A DNA stretch of 64,000 nt from an uncultured SAR116 cluster alpha proteobacterium (GCA_902532475.1 CACAIE010000001.1:19062-83061); one strand, 5' to 3'. Positions 28,621-39,539 are shown, counted from the first letter of the stretch. Notes: generated from the letters alone by a model not told the origin. Program-made: numbers and translations.

Positions 28621-30429
28621 ATGCCTATAAGAATTCTTTCAGATGATCTTATAAATCAAATTGCAGCAGGTGAAGTGGTTGAACGACCAGCAAATATAGT
28701 TAAGGAACTGATTGAAAATTCAATTGATTCTAAGGCAAATGAAATTGAGGTTCTTATTAGAGGAGGAGGTATCCAATCGATAATAATTAATGATAATGGG
28801 AATGGAATGCATGAAAAAGAACTTCCAATTGCTATTTTGAGGTATGCAACTTCGAAGCTAGATAAAGATAATTTGAATGAGATAAAGAATTTTGGTTTTA
28901 GAGGTGAAGCGCTTCCAGCTATTTCATCAATTTCAAAACTCGAGATCACTAGTAAAACCGAAATAAACAAGGAAGCATCCAGTATAGAAATTGAACGTGG
29001 TAGCGTGATAACTCAAAAGCCAAAAATGAGAGGAAAAGGGACTACAGTTAAAGTAACTTCATTATTTGAAGCGACCCCAGCTAGGTTAAAATTTTTAAAA
29101 TCTATAAGAGTTGAAAATTCGCATTGCAAGGATGTTTTTTTAAAGATGGCAATATCCCATCCTCAAATTAACTTTAAATTAAACATTGATGGTAAAAATA
29201 TTTATAATTTTAAAACAGACGAAAGTAACGATTCTATAAGTGCAGAAAGGATAAGTGAAGCTTTTGGATATGATTTTATTCAAAACTCTATAAAAATAAA
29301 ATCAGAGAGAAATGGATCTAAATTATCAGGTATTATTAGCTTTCCTACTTTCAACTCATCCACATCAACCCATCAGTATTTATATGTCAATAATCGTTCT
29401 ATAAAAGACAAAAAAATTCTTAGCTCAATTAAAGTTGCATATTTTGATACAATACCTAAAGGTAGATTTCCATTAATGGTTTTATTTCTGGAGTTACCAA
29501 CATCTATGGTTGATGTTAATGTTCATCCCTCTAAAGCTGAAGTAAGATTTCAAAATGAAAAAGAGATTAAAGGGTTGATAATTTCCTCTATAAAATCAGC
29601 AATTTCAAATATTAAAAATCAAGTCGTTTTTAATAGAGATTTATCTTCAAATTTAATAGATAAAACTGAAGTTTACAAAAGTAATAGATTTGCCCGCTAT
29701 TCTGATGAAAAAGTTGGTGGAATAAATAATTCACGTTTTGACAAGTCAGAACAAAATAATTTTTACCAAAGCAATTTCTCAAAAGAGATTGCTTCAAAGC
29801 CTTCCGCAAAGGTTAATGATGTTAATTATTCAAATGAAATGCAACAAAGGTATCCAATGGGAGCAGCAAGGGCACAATTTCATAAAAATTATATAATTTC
29901 TGAAACTGATGACGGAATTGTTATAGTTGACCAACATGCCGCACATGAAAGAATAGTTAAGGAAGAAATGCTAAAAGAATTAAAAAACAATAAGATACAT
30001 GCACAAATATTACTTATTCCTGAAATCATTAATCTGTCATCATCTCATAGAGATGCCATTTTAGAAAATATTAACACCTTAAATCAATTAGGATTCGAAG
30101 TTGAGTCATTCGGAGAGGGTACAGTTTTAATTAGAGCAATTCCTAATTTATTAAATAATGCAAATATATCTGAATTAATTAAAGATGTCGCTCAAGAACT
30201 ATTTGAATTGGGAACACAAATTAGTATTGATCAAAAAATGGACAATATTATTTCTACCAGTTCTTGTTATGGCTCAATAAGGTCAGGTAGGGAGTTGTCA
30301 GGGGAGGATATGAATGCATTATTAAGAAAAATGGAAATAACACCTAATTCTGCTCAATGTAACCATGGGAGGCCAACGTCTATTTCGCTATCATTAAAAG
30401 ATATAGAAAAGTTATTTAAAAGAAGGTAA
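28621..30429 (+). CDS. mutL: DNA mismatch repair endonuclease MutL
   Basis: 602 aa. GHKL ATPase N-terminus (INQIAAGEVVERPANIVKELIENSIDS) and C-terminal DQHAAHERI endonuclease motif. Confidence 0.95.
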   Translation: MPIRILSDDLINQIAAGEVVERPANIVKELIENSIDSKANEIEVLIRGGGIQSIIINDNGNGMHEKELPIAILRYATSKLDKDNLNEIKNFGFRGEALPAISSISKLEITSKTEINKEASSIEIERGSVITQKPKMRGKGTTVKVTSLFEATPARLKFLKSIRVENSHCKDVFLKMAISHPQINFKLNIDGKNIYNFKTDESNDSISAERISEAFGYDFIQNSIKIKSERNGSKLSGIISFPTFNSSTSTHQYLYVNNRSIKDKKILSSIKVAYFDTIPKGRFPLMVLFLELPTSMVDVNVHPSKAEVRFQNEKEIKGLIISSIKSAISNIKNQVVFNRDLSSNLIDKTEVYKSNRFARYSDEKVGGINNSRFDKSEQNNFYQSNFSKEIASKPSAKVNDVNYSNEMQQRYPMGAARAQFHKNYIISETDDGIVIVDQHAAHERIVKEEMLKELKNNKIHAQILLIPEIINLSSSHRDAILENINTLNQLGFEVESFGEGTVLIRAIPNLLNNANISELIKDVAQELFELGTQISIDQKMDNIISTSSCYGSIRSGRELSGEDMNALLRKMEITPNSAQCNHGRPTSISLSLKDIEKLFKRR

Positions 30430-30981
30430 ATATTTAAAGATATTTATTAAAGACTTGCTTATTTTTTTTGATAATAATAACTCGAAACTATTAATTTTTG
30501 GAGCAAATTCTTTTACAGATGTTTCATAAATAATTATGGCTCCTGGAGAAAGAGCGTCTAATTCATCTAATTTTGATAAAGCTGCAATCCCAAGTTTTGA
30601 AAAATATGGTGGGTCTAAAAAAACTAATTCTGAAGGTTCGAATTTCCAATCATTAATGTTTCTTACATCTTCATTAATTGTATAAAAAATATTTTTTGTG
30701 TTTAAAATTTTAATGTTAGATTGAATAATTTTATTAGCAATATTATCACTTTCTATAAAGATAACTTTACTAGGATCCCCCCTTGATGCTGCTTCTATTC
30801 CTAATGCCCCTGTGCCGGCAAAAATATCTATTATAATTTTAGATTTTAAAGGGTAACCAAATTTGCCTCCTTCTAGAATTCCCATTACTGTTTCTCTGAA
30901 TCTATCAGTAGATGGTCTGGTTGATAAATTTTTTGGAGTGCAAAGTTTTATTCTTTTATATTTTCCTGAAATTATTCTCAT
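30412..30981 (-). CDS. rsmD: 16S rRNA (guanine966-N2)-methyltransferase
   Basis: 189 aa. RPSTDRFRETV, DIFAGTGALGIEAASRG and LDPPY motifs. The 3' end overlaps the mutL 3' end by 18 nt. Confidence 0.88.
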   Translation of the reverse strand: MRIISGKYKRIKLCTPKNLSTRPSTDRFRETVMGILEGGKFGYPLKSKIIIDIFAGTGALGIEAASRGDPSKVIFIESDNIANKIIQSNIKILNTKNIFYTINEDVRNINDWKFEPSELVFLDPPYFSKLGIAALSKLDELDALSPGAIIIYETSVKEFAPKINSFELLLSKKISKSLINIFKYLPSFK

Positions 30982-31733
30982 TTATATTTATCTAAAATAC
31001 CAAGTTGATCGCATATAACATTTTTATTAATTTCTGAAACTTCAGCTCTTTTAAGGTTGCCTAATTGAAAAGGGCCATAAGAAATTCTAATTAGACGGTT
31101 AACAGGATAGCCTAAAAAATCCATTATTCTTCGAACTTCTCGATTTTTTCCTTCTCTTAATCCGATCAAAATCCAAGCATTACTTCCTTTTTGGATTTCT
31201 AAGCTTGCTTCAATCGGTCCAGTTTTGAAGTTTGGTAATTTTATGCCTTTTTTCAGATTTTCTAATTCATTGGAATTTGCATATCCGTGAACTCGAACTT
31301 TATATCTTCTTAACCAACCAGTAGAAGGAAGTTCAAGCTTTCTTGAAGTTTCACCATTATTGGTTAAAAGAATTAATCCTTCAGATTCATAATCTAGCCT
31401 TCCAACGGATATTACTCTTGGAAGACTTTTAGGTAAAAAATCAAATATGGTAGTTCTTCCTTTAGGATCATGATTAGTAACAAGGCATCCTTTAGGTTTG
31501 TGAAATCTCCAAATTCTAGTCTTCGGAGGTTTAGGAACTTCAATATTATTTACTAAAATTTTATCATCTTTTGAAACTTTTGTTGCAGGGGTATCAATCA
31601 AGATATTATTTATTTTTACTTTGCCTTCAGAAATCCAACGTTCAGCTTCCCTTCTTGAGCAAAGACCAGCTCTTGACAGAACTTTTGCTACCCTTTCTTT
31701 CCCAATTATTTTTTCTTTATTAATATTTTTCAT
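30978..31733 (-). CDS. Pseudouridine synthase, RsuA/RluB family
   Basis: 251 aa. An N-terminal S4 domain (RVAKVLSRAGLCSRREAERWI) is followed by the catalytic GRLDYESEGL motif. It overlaps rsmD by 4 nt. Confidence 0.88.
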   Translation of the reverse strand: MKNINKEKIIGKERVAKVLSRAGLCSRREAERWISEGKVKINNILIDTPATKVSKDDKILVNNIEVPKPPKTRIWRFHKPKGCLVTNHDPKGRTTIFDFLPKSLPRVISVGRLDYESEGLILLTNNGETSRKLELPSTGWLRRYKVRVHGYANSNELENLKKGIKLPNFKTGPIEASLEIQKGSNAWILIGLREGKNREVRRIMDFLGYPVNRLIRISYGPFQLGNLKRAEVSEINKNVICDQLGILDKYK

Positions 31734-31788
31734 AGTTATAGAAATTTTTAATAGAAATGATTTAAATTTAAACTAAACTCATGATTGA

Positions 31789-32259
31789 ATGAAAACAACA
31801 TCAAAAAACTTAATTGATCCAATGGAAATAGCTTTTGAGGAGGCAAAAAAAGCATATGAAAACAATGAAGTTCCTGTTGGAGCTGTCATTGCTGACAGCT
31901 ATGGAAACATAATATCTAGGGCATTTAACCAGGTTGAAACCCAACAAGATCCTACTGCTCATGCTGAGATTTTAGCCATCAAAAAAGCAACCGTTAAAAT
32001 TGGTAATAAAAGGCTGACGGATTGTAATTTATATGTAACATTGGAGCCTTGTTCAATGTGCGCATCGGCAATTGAACAATCAAGAATAAAAAGATTATAT
32101 TTTGGCTGTGAAGATCATAAAAAAGGTGCTGTCAACAATGGAGCTAAGATTTTTAATCAAAAGTCATGCAATCATAAGCCAGAAATATATGACGGGATAA
32201 AGGAAAAAGAGTGTAGTAATTTATTAAAAGAATTTTTTAAATCTTTAAGACAAAATTAA
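31789..32259 (+). CDS. tadA: tRNA adenosine(34) deaminase
   Basis: 156 aa. HAEILAI and TLEPCSMCASA zinc-binding CDA motifs. Confidence 0.9.
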   Translation: MKTTSKNLIDPMEIAFEEAKKAYENNEVPVGAVIADSYGNIISRAFNQVETQQDPTAHAEILAIKKATVKIGNKRLTDCNLYVTLEPCSMCASAIEQSRIKRLYFGCEDHKKGAVNNGAKIFNQKSCNHKPEIYDGIKEKECSNLLKEFFKSLRQN

Positions 32260-32316
32260 ATTTAATTTAATTAATCTTCTTTAACAATTATTGACAAAAA
32301 ACTTATAGAATTTCTA

Positions 32317-33807
32317 ATGACTGAAAACAGAAATACGAATTCCAAAATATGGGAAATAAAAGAATTATCTCAAGCAATAAAAAATACTATAGAGAATTCA
32401 TTTGAATTTATTCGTTTGAGGGGAGAAATATCTAAGCCAAGTTTTCCATCGTCTGGACATATATATTTTGCACTAAAAGATGACATATCGATCATAAATG
32501 CAACTATTTGGAAATGGAATTCACATAGAATTTCATTAAAGCCAGAGGAAGGTTTGGAAGTAATTTGTAGTGGAAAATTAACCACATATCCTGGAAGGTC
32601 ATCTTATCAAATTAATGTATTTAGTATAGAAATGGCTGGAGAGGGAGCACTATTAAAACAATTAGAAGAAAGAAGAAAAAAACTTCTCTCAGAAGGTTAT
32701 TTCGATAATGATTTGAAACAATCTGTTCCTTCTTATCCAAAATGTATTGGAGTAATAACTAGTCTTCAAGGGGCTGTGGTTGAAGATATCTTAGATACAA
32801 TAAAAGAAAGATGGCCAAGCAAAGTTATAGTTTTTTCTGTACCTGTTCAAGGATCAAATGCAGCTAAGAAGATCTCTAAAGCCATAGAATATTTTAACAA
32901 TATTGAACACAATCATTTTTCAAAACCAGATGTTTTGATTGTTGCTAGAGGGGGAGGGAGTGTAGAGGATCTATGGGCATTTAATGAAGAAATTATTGTC
33001 AAGTCAGTTTTTGCAAGTAAATTGCCAATAATTTCTGCAATAGGTCATGAAACTGATACTACTTTAATAGATTATGCTTCAGATTTAAGGGCTCCAACAC
33101 CAACTAAGGCTGCAGTACTGGTTACACCATTTAAACCTGACGTAATTTCAAAAGTTCATGAAAATAGTAAAAGAATTACATATTCTATAAAAAATAAAAT
33201 AGATGAAAAACTGGAAATGATATCCTTTTACGCAAGAATGATAGATAAAACAGAGCATTTTTTATCACCTCCAAATCAAAGGCTAGACTTAAAAAGTAGT
33301 GAATTAGATAATCTGATAAAAAACTTATTTTCTAACAAAATGGTTGGTTTTTTATCCCTCAAAAATAAATTAGGGAGCTCAGAAAAAATGTTTTTTGATA
33401 TTCAAAGAAAAATTCAAAACATTTTCAATAAGTCGTCATCGGTTATTACTACAAAACTAAATTCTCATTGGTTTTCTTATCTTGAGATTGCAAATGGAAT
33501 AAACCCTAAAATAATCAAATCTATCCTTGAGTTATATGAAAAAGAAATCATTGTAAATTATAATTATATAAGAAAATCAATCGAAAATATAATTAATATT
33601 GAGAATGATAAACTCAAGAGTATCGATAGGTTGTTAAATAAAAGTGACTTATCAAAAGTTTTTATGAGGGGCTTTGTTTACTTGCAAACAAACAGTGGTG
33701 AAAAAATTACTGAACTAAAACATTTATCACATAATCAAAAAATAAATCTTACATTTAGTGATGGGAAAGCTAAAGCAAGTATCCTTGATATAAAATTAAA
33801 TAAATAA
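32317..33807 (+). CDS. xseA: Exodeoxyribonuclease VII large subunit
   Basis: 496 aa. An N-terminal OB fold (RLRGEISKPSFPSSGHIYFALKD), VARGGGSVEDLWAFN and ISAIGHETDTT motifs, and a long helical C-terminus. Confidence 0.93.
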   Translation: MTENRNTNSKIWEIKELSQAIKNTIENSFEFIRLRGEISKPSFPSSGHIYFALKDDISIINATIWKWNSHRISLKPEEGLEVICSGKLTTYPGRSSYQINVFSIEMAGEGALLKQLEERRKKLLSEGYFDNDLKQSVPSYPKCIGVITSLQGAVVEDILDTIKERWPSKVIVFSVPVQGSNAAKKISKAIEYFNNIEHNHFSKPDVLIVARGGGSVEDLWAFNEEIIVKSVFASKLPIISAIGHETDTTLIDYASDLRAPTPTKAAVLVTPFKPDVISKVHENSKRITYSIKNKIDEKLEMISFYARMIDKTEHFLSPPNQRLDLKSSELDNLIKNLFSNKMVGFLSLKNKLGSSEKMFFDIQRKIQNIFNKSSSVITTKLNSHWFSYLEIANGINPKIIKSILELYEKEIIVNYNYIRKSIENIINIENDKLKSIDRLLNKSDLSKVFMRGFVYLQTNSGEKITELKHLSHNQKINLTFSDGKAKASILDIKLNK

Positions 33808-33815
33808 TTCAAAAC

Positions 33816-34697
33816 CTAAACCTTCCATCTTCGGTGATGCCAAAACCATTGACCAGGGTTTTGATTAACCCAAGATGTTATAAGGTTATTAATTTCAATC
33901 ATTATGTTTTTGACACGCTTTTCCTTGTCCCCCTTAAATTTATTTAAGTCTAATTGAGGGTGAATAATGATATCAAATAAACAACCCTTTTTCCTAATGA
34001 TCTGTAATGGAATGATAGGGCAGGACAATTTTAATGCCATGATAGCTGGTGACGTTAAAGTGTTTGCAGGTTGACCCATGAAATTAATTTTTATTCCAGT
34101 ATTTAATCTTTGGTCAGATAAAAGAAGAACAATACCCTTAGAACGTAAAACAGATAACATTCTCATTGCCCCGTGATTTCCTTTTGGAACTACTTCTCCA
34201 GGTAAAGGGGATCTTTTTTTTCTAAGTATCCATTCTGCTATGGGAGCATTTAATTTTCTATAAACCCTCATCACAGGTCTATTTATTATTAATCCAGGAT
34301 AAGGGGTAAGTTCCCAGTTGGCAAGATGAGCTGCTACAAAAATAAAAGGTTGGTCATGGCTTGGGAGATTTTCTTTTCCCTTAACGTTAATAAAGCTACC
34401 TATTTTTCCTAAGTGAGGATATTCACCAGCGTTCCTACCCAAATTTTCAATTGCTTGATTAAGAATCTTTCTTTGCTCTTTATTTGACCAGTTAGGATAA
34501 ATTAACTTGATATTATCAAAAGCCCTTTTATTTTGAGGAAGAAAAGGCGAAATAAGCAAAGCTAGCTTTCCTCCTGTCCAACTGGAAAGTTTTGGGCTTA
34601 AGCACCAGAAAGAAAAAAATAAAATTATCGCTAAAATTCCCTGGAAAGGTTCAAAAATAATTTTCTCAAAAACTTTTCTAATATAATTATTTTTCAT
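33816..34697 (-). CDS. lpxL: Lipid A biosynthesis (lauroyl/late) acyltransferase, LpxL/HtrB family
   Basis: 293 aa with an N-terminal anchor, the HLANWE acyltransferase motif and the C-terminal QWFWHHRRWK tail characteristic of HtrB-type enzymes. Confidence 0.8.
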   Translation of the reverse strand: MKNNYIRKVFEKIIFEPFQGILAIILFFSFWCLSPKLSSWTGGKLALLISPFLPQNKRAFDNIKLIYPNWSNKEQRKILNQAIENLGRNAGEYPHLGKIGSFINVKGKENLPSHDQPFIFVAAHLANWELTPYPGLIINRPVMRVYRKLNAPIAEWILRKKRSPLPGEVVPKGNHGAMRMLSVLRSKGIVLLLSDQRLNTGIKINFMGQPANTLTSPAIMALKLSCPIIPLQIIRKKGCLFDIIIHPQLDLNKFKGDKEKRVKNIMIEINNLITSWVNQNPGQWFWHHRRWKV

Positions 34698-35685
34698 ATA
34701 AAACTTTTGTCAATTCTTCAATTAGTTCTTTTTCTTTAGACACTTTAAGCCTGACTGGAAGTTGAGTGATTTGTTTAATTAAACTTTTATCTATTTCGTT
34801 AATTTTTACAAAGTCTTTTTCAGTTGTAACTAATTGTCCGTTTCTCAATTTACTTATTTTAATTAAATCTTCCAATTCACTTTGCTGGTATTTATGGTGA
34901 TCTTGGAAACATATTGTTTCTATTAAATTTAATTTTTTATCGTTTAATGTAGCAAAGAACTTTTTTGGAAAGCCAATACCTGAAAAAGCTATAATATTTT
35001 TACCTTTCAAATAATTAATAGTCTTTATATCAGGTTCAAAAATTGATTTAAAAATTTTGACCCTATTATTTATACTTAATATTTTTTTTGAGATACTATT
35101 TCTGTCTTCGCCCACAATGATTGCAATATCAATATTTTTTAAACCATTTTCAAATTTTTCTCTTAAAGGCCCAGAAGGGATTACCCTTCCATTGCCGATT
35201 CCCTCTTTTCCATCAAAAACTAAAATCTTTAAATCTTGTAAAACTGAGTTATTTTGAATTCCGTCATCCATTAAAATTAAATTACCTGTATTCATTCGCT
35301 CTATGTTTTTTATTGCTTTCCACCTCGACCTACAAATCCAGGTTTCATTAAATTTAGAATGTAAAATTGCTTCATCTCCCACTTCACTAGAGGTATTTTT
35401 GGGGCCTACTTTTGTAGGTGATTTAAGATTACCGCCATAACCCTTTAGCAATATTATAGATTTATAATTTAATTTATTTAATAAGTTAGCTATGTATAAA
35501 ACAGTCGGGGTTTTTCCTGATCCACCTATTGTTAAATTTCCTACACATATAACAGGTATTTTTGATTTATAATTTTTTTCAAATATTTTTTTTATTTTTC
35601 CTAAAACTAAAAAAATTAAACTCATTGGTACCAATAAATGAGAAATAATGTTTTTAGTCTTCCAAAATTTTGGTTGATGCATCAT
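34687..35685 (-). CDS. lpxK: Tetraacyldisaccharide 4'-kinase
   Basis: 332 aa with the P-loop VGNLTIGGSGKTP. Lies between waaA and lpxL and overlaps lpxL by 11 nt. Confidence 0.9.
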   Translation of the reverse strand: MMHQPKFWKTKNIISHLLVPMSLIFLVLGKIKKIFEKNYKSKIPVICVGNLTIGGSGKTPTVLYIANLLNKLNYKSIILLKGYGGNLKSPTKVGPKNTSSEVGDEAILHSKFNETWICRSRWKAIKNIERMNTGNLILMDDGIQNNSVLQDLKILVFDGKEGIGNGRVIPSGPLREKFENGLKNIDIAIIVGEDRNSISKKILSINNRVKIFKSIFEPDIKTINYLKGKNIIAFSGIGFPKKFFATLNDKKLNLIETICFQDHHKYQQSELEDLIKISKLRNGQLVTTEKDFVKINEIDKSLIKQITQLPVRLKVSKEKELIEELTKVLYEK

Positions 35686-35688
35686 ATA

Positions 35689-36966
35689 TTAAAGGAACAA
35701 CCCTGTTACTTTATTAGCTATTTTTTTTCTTCGATTGCTCCATTCTTTAGTTAACAATGAAGCTGATTTTGTTAAGTCTTTTCTAAGCTGATAATCAGTA
35801 ATAATTTGTTTTATAACTTCATAAATTTCTTCTAAAGAGTTGGTCTTTAATTTAATCAATGCATTTTTTTCGAGCATTTCAGAAACTAGTTTTTGGCATT
35901 TTTCAGTATAAGGACCAATTAATATTGATGAATTATAATAACATGGTTCAGAAGGATTGTGACCTCCAAGTGGTAGAAGTGACCCTCCCATAAAAACTAT
36001 ATCAGCAATTGAATACAAAGTTGCCATTTCGCCATAAGTATCACAAATCCAAAACTGATCATCAGTTTGAGGAATGTCCCCCTTACTTTTAAGTTTAATA
36101 TTCAAACCATGAATAACACTAATTGATTTTGCTCTTTCGATATGTCTGGGAGCTATAATTAGTAAAGTATTAAAATTATTTCTATTTAACTTCTTAACGC
36201 AATTTAACAAAATTTCCTCTTCACCGTCATGGGTTGAAGCAGCAAGAATAATAGTTTTATTATGGTTGTTAAGTTTTAAAATATTTAACAATTCTTTATT
36301 AGGGCCTTGAGGTGGAAAAGATGCCTTTAACGTTTCAGATGTAGAAACATTTTTAGCACCTAGTCGTTTAAATTGTTTTGTTTGCTTTTCATCAATAGTT
36401 AAAATCATGTCAAACTTTTCAAAAATATATTTTGTATTTTTTAAACCCAGAAACTTTAATCTCATAAAACTTTTCTCAGAGATTTGGGCGGAGACCATTA
36501 TTACAGGGATGCCTAAGAGCCAAGAATTAAGAATAAAATTAGGCCATATTTCAGATTCCATCATTATTAATGCATCTGGTTCCCAAAACTTTAAGAAACG
36601 TTTAACCCAGTTTGAATTATCATATGGGTGATACTGATGAATTATATCATTATTATTATTTAAAAAAATTCCGGATGTTTTAGATCCCGAAGTAATTAAA
36701 ATTTGACCTTTATACCCATTTTCTCTCATTCCTTTTGAAAGAGCGCTAGCTGAAACGCTTTCTCCTAAACTAGCAACATGTATCCAAATTAACTTTTCAG
36801 ATTTATTTTTTTCTATTGACGGAAAGCCGTATCGTTCTTTAACTCTCGACTTTTCCTCTAAACCTCTCCAGACTCTGGTGTGTATCCAGAATGGCACAAG
36901 TGGCGTTAATAGAAACCATGCAAAATTATATAAAATAACAAAATAATTTGATTTAACTGGGTTCAT
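35689..36966 (-). CDS. waaA: 3-deoxy-D-manno-octulosonic acid (Kdo) transferase
   Basis: 425 aa. WIHVASLGE motif and a GT-B C-terminal half with MGGSL ... GGHNPSEP. Confidence 0.9.
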   Translation of the reverse strand: MNPVKSNYFVILYNFAWFLLTPLVPFWIHTRVWRGLEEKSRVKERYGFPSIEKNKSEKLIWIHVASLGESVSASALSKGMRENGYKGQILITSGSKTSGIFLNNNNDIIHQYHPYDNSNWVKRFLKFWEPDALIMMESEIWPNFILNSWLLGIPVIMVSAQISEKSFMRLKFLGLKNTKYIFEKFDMILTIDEKQTKQFKRLGAKNVSTSETLKASFPPQGPNKELLNILKLNNHNKTIILAASTHDGEEEILLNCVKKLNRNNFNTLLIIAPRHIERAKSISVIHGLNIKLKSKGDIPQTDDQFWICDTYGEMATLYSIADIVFMGGSLLPLGGHNPSEPCYYNSSILIGPYTEKCQKLVSEMLEKNALIKLKTNSLEEIYEVIKQIITDYQLRKDLTKSASLLTKEWSNRRKKIANKVTGLFL

Positions 36967-37652
36967 TATTTATGTCCGAAATGATTATCAGCAAGCTTTG
37001 TATAAAAATTAAGAGCTTTGCTGAGTTCTTCGGTATATCTTTCTATTTCGCCTTTTGAACAATTATTAGGTATTTTGATAGGTTCTCCCCATACCCAAAT
37101 TCCTTTGGAAAAGGGTTTAGGAACTAGAGATTTATCCCAATTATTTAGTCTCCAAAAATTTGAGGCAGACCAAGCAATTGGTATAATCTTTAGACCAGAG
37201 ATTTTAGCTACAGCAACAGGGCCTTGACTGCATTCTAATGCTGGACCTCTGGGTCCATCAGGGGTTATACCAATACTAATACCTTTTTTTGCTTTTTTAA
37301 TAAGACCTATAATTCCTCCAACTGCATTTCGGTTAGTTGAACCCCACACAGTTTGGAAACCAAGATGATTAATAGCCTTAGCAATTAATTGACCGTCAGA
37401 ATGAGGGGATTGAAGCATAGCAAGTGGTTTTTCCATTGGCCAAATTTTATTCATTACAGCAATTCTTTCATGCCAAAACACAACAATAATAGGTTCATTG
37501 CTCTCTAAGGCCTTTAATTTATTTTCTTCATTTAATATTTTCCATTTAATGGATAAAGAAAGTAATTTTATTACTAAAGCTATAACAGGAGCAATAATTG
37601 ATTTGCCGATAGCGGTCTTAGTTAATCTTTTGATCACGTTTGTAACATTCAA
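36966..37652 (-). CDS. DUF374 lysophospholipid-acyltransferase-like protein
   Basis: 228 aa. FWHERI and TPDGPRGP motifs. The stop overlaps the waaA start by 1 nt. The DUF374-waaA pairing is conserved. Confidence 0.78.
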   Translation of the reverse strand: MNVTNVIKRLTKTAIGKSIIAPVIALVIKLLSLSIKWKILNEENKLKALESNEPIIVVFWHERIAVMNKIWPMEKPLAMLQSPHSDGQLIAKAINHLGFQTVWGSTNRNAVGGIIGLIKKAKKGISIGITPDGPRGPALECSQGPVAVAKISGLKIIPIAWSASNFWRLNNWDKSLVPKPFSKGIWVWGEPIKIPNNCSKGEIERYTEELSKALNFYTKLADNHFGHK

Positions 37653-37692
37653 AAAAAAGTTTTATCATATTAACTATAATGTATATAAAATT

Positions 37693-37721
37693 TTTAGTTT
37701 AGTTTAGTTTAGATTAGATAG
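37693..37721. repeat. Pentanucleotide microsatellite (TTTAG)4 followed by degenerate ATTAG/ATAG units
   Basis: Read directly: TTTAG TTTAG TTTAG TTTAG ATTAG ATAG. It sits in the 125-bp divergent spacer between the DUF374 gene and msbA. Confidence 0.8.
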
Positions 37722-37777
37722 TTTCATTTATCTTTATTAACTTAATGTAAATAAACTTTAGTTACTATGTTTTAAAA

Positions 37778-39532
37778 ATGATAGATCCCAAAACAAATAA
37801 TTTATCAGGAAAAAATTTAATTATAAGATTTTGGAATGATTATATTAGGCCAAGAAAACCTTTAGTAATCTTATGTTTGTTATTATTAGCATTAGTTGCA
37901 ATCAGTTTCGCTCTTTATCCAGCTCTAATTGGCTGGGTATTTGACGCTTTAGAAGCTAGAAATACCACTTTGTTATATCAACTTGCTGGAATTATAATTT
38001 TAATTTCATTGATTAAAGCCTTTGCAGTTTATAGGCAAATCCAAGTTGTCAACAAATTAGTTTTTTCTATAATTGAAGAAATTCAATACCAAATGACATC
38101 AAGGCTAATTGATTCAGATTTGGCGTTGATTACAGCGCAACCACCAGGGCACTTTGTATCACGAATCGTAAATGATTTGAATCTAATTAGAGATGCTTTG
38201 GTTAGGGTTGCAAATTCTTTTGTCAAAGACAGTTTAACTCTAATAGCGATGATTTGTTTAATGGCTTGGTATGATTGGTTTCTGGCTTTTTTAGTAGTTT
38301 GTGTTTTCCCAATTGCAATCTATCCAATAGTTAAAATTGGGCTTGATCAGAGAAAAGCGAGTTATAATCTTCAAAATCACATGGAAACTCTTATTTCCCA
38401 ACTATCTGAAACAATAGCTAATGTGCCAATTATTAAAGCTTACAATCTAGAGATCTATGAAAAAGAAAGAAGTAAATATAATTTCAACCAATTATTTCTA
38501 AGATTGATGAAATTGGTAGTTGGCAGAGCAAGGGTTGAGCCAATATTGGAAATTTTAGGTGGGATAGCTATTTCAATAGTTATAATTTCTGGAGCCTGGA
38601 GAATAAGTCATGTTGATTTTAGTGTAGGTGATTTTGCAGGGTTCATAACAGCAATGCTGTTAATGGTTCAACCTGCTAGAGGTTTAGGAAGTTTTAATTC
38701 GGTTGTTCAGGAAGGTATAGCAGCAACAAAGAGAATTTATGAATTAATTGACCAAAAGCCAAAAATTGCTTCATCAAAATCATCAAAACCGATTTATTCT
38801 GGAAATGAATATATTCAATTTGAAAGTGTTTCATTTAAGTACAGCAAAACAAAAACACTAAATAATGTTTCATTTAAAGCTGAAAAAGGAAAAGTAACAG
38901 CAATTGTTGGCGCGTCTGGAGCAGGGAAAACTACTTTATTAGGCCTTATAGAAAGATTTTATGAAGTTTCTCAAGGTGCAATTTATATAGGCGATCAAGA
39001 ATTAAAGGATATAGAAATTTCTTCATTAAGATCAAAAATTGCTTTAGTGTCTCAAGACGCAACATTGTTTGATGATACAATTAAAAATAATATTAAATTT
39101 GGCAACCAAGAAGCAAGTTTTGATGAAATAATGAATGCTGCTCAAAATGCGGCCGCTCATGACTTTATTCAATCAATGCCAAAAGGCTATGAAACAAAAA
39201 TTGGAACTGGAGGCAATTTACTCTCTGGTGGTCAAAGACAAAGAATTGCTATTGCAAGAGCATTCTTAAGAGACGCGCCTATTTTATTATTAGATGAAGC
39301 CACTAGTTCACTTGACTCAGAGTCAGAGAATAAGATACAGCAAGCTATGGATCAATTGTCTAAGGGCAGAACCACAATTGTAGTAGCGCATAGACTATCT
39401 ACAGTTAGAAAAGCTCATAAAATCATTGTGTTAGATGAAGGTAAAGTCGTTGAAAGTGGATCTCATGATAGTTTAATTGCACAAGATGGTATATACACTA
39501 ACCTTTGTAGGCTACAGTTTTTTTTCGGTTAG
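37778..39532 (+). CDS. msbA: ABC transporter permease/ATPase, MsbA-like lipid A exporter
   Basis: 584 aa. A 6-TM domain is followed by an NBD with Walker A GASGAGKTT, signature LSGGQRQR and Walker B ILLLDEATS. Divergent from the lipid A core operon. Confidence 0.85.
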   Translation: MIDPKTNNLSGKNLIIRFWNDYIRPRKPLVILCLLLLALVAISFALYPALIGWVFDALEARNTTLLYQLAGIIILISLIKAFAVYRQIQVVNKLVFSIIEEIQYQMTSRLIDSDLALITAQPPGHFVSRIVNDLNLIRDALVRVANSFVKDSLTLIAMICLMAWYDWFLAFLVVCVFPIAIYPIVKIGLDQRKASYNLQNHMETLISQLSETIANVPIIKAYNLEIYEKERSKYNFNQLFLRLMKLVVGRARVEPILEILGGIAISIVIISGAWRISHVDFSVGDFAGFITAMLLMVQPARGLGSFNSVVQEGIAATKRIYELIDQKPKIASSKSSKPIYSGNEYIQFESVSFKYSKTKTLNNVSFKAEKGKVTAIVGASGAGKTTLLGLIERFYEVSQGAIYIGDQELKDIEISSLRSKIALVSQDATLFDDTIKNNIKFGNQEASFDEIMNAAQNAAAHDFIQSMPKGYETKIGTGGNLLSGGQRQRIAIARAFLRDAPILLLDEATSSLDSESENKIQQAMDQLSKGRTTIVVAHRLSTVRKAHKIIVLDEGKVVESGSHDSLIAQDGIYTNLCRLQFFFG

Positions 39533-39539
39533 AAACTTT

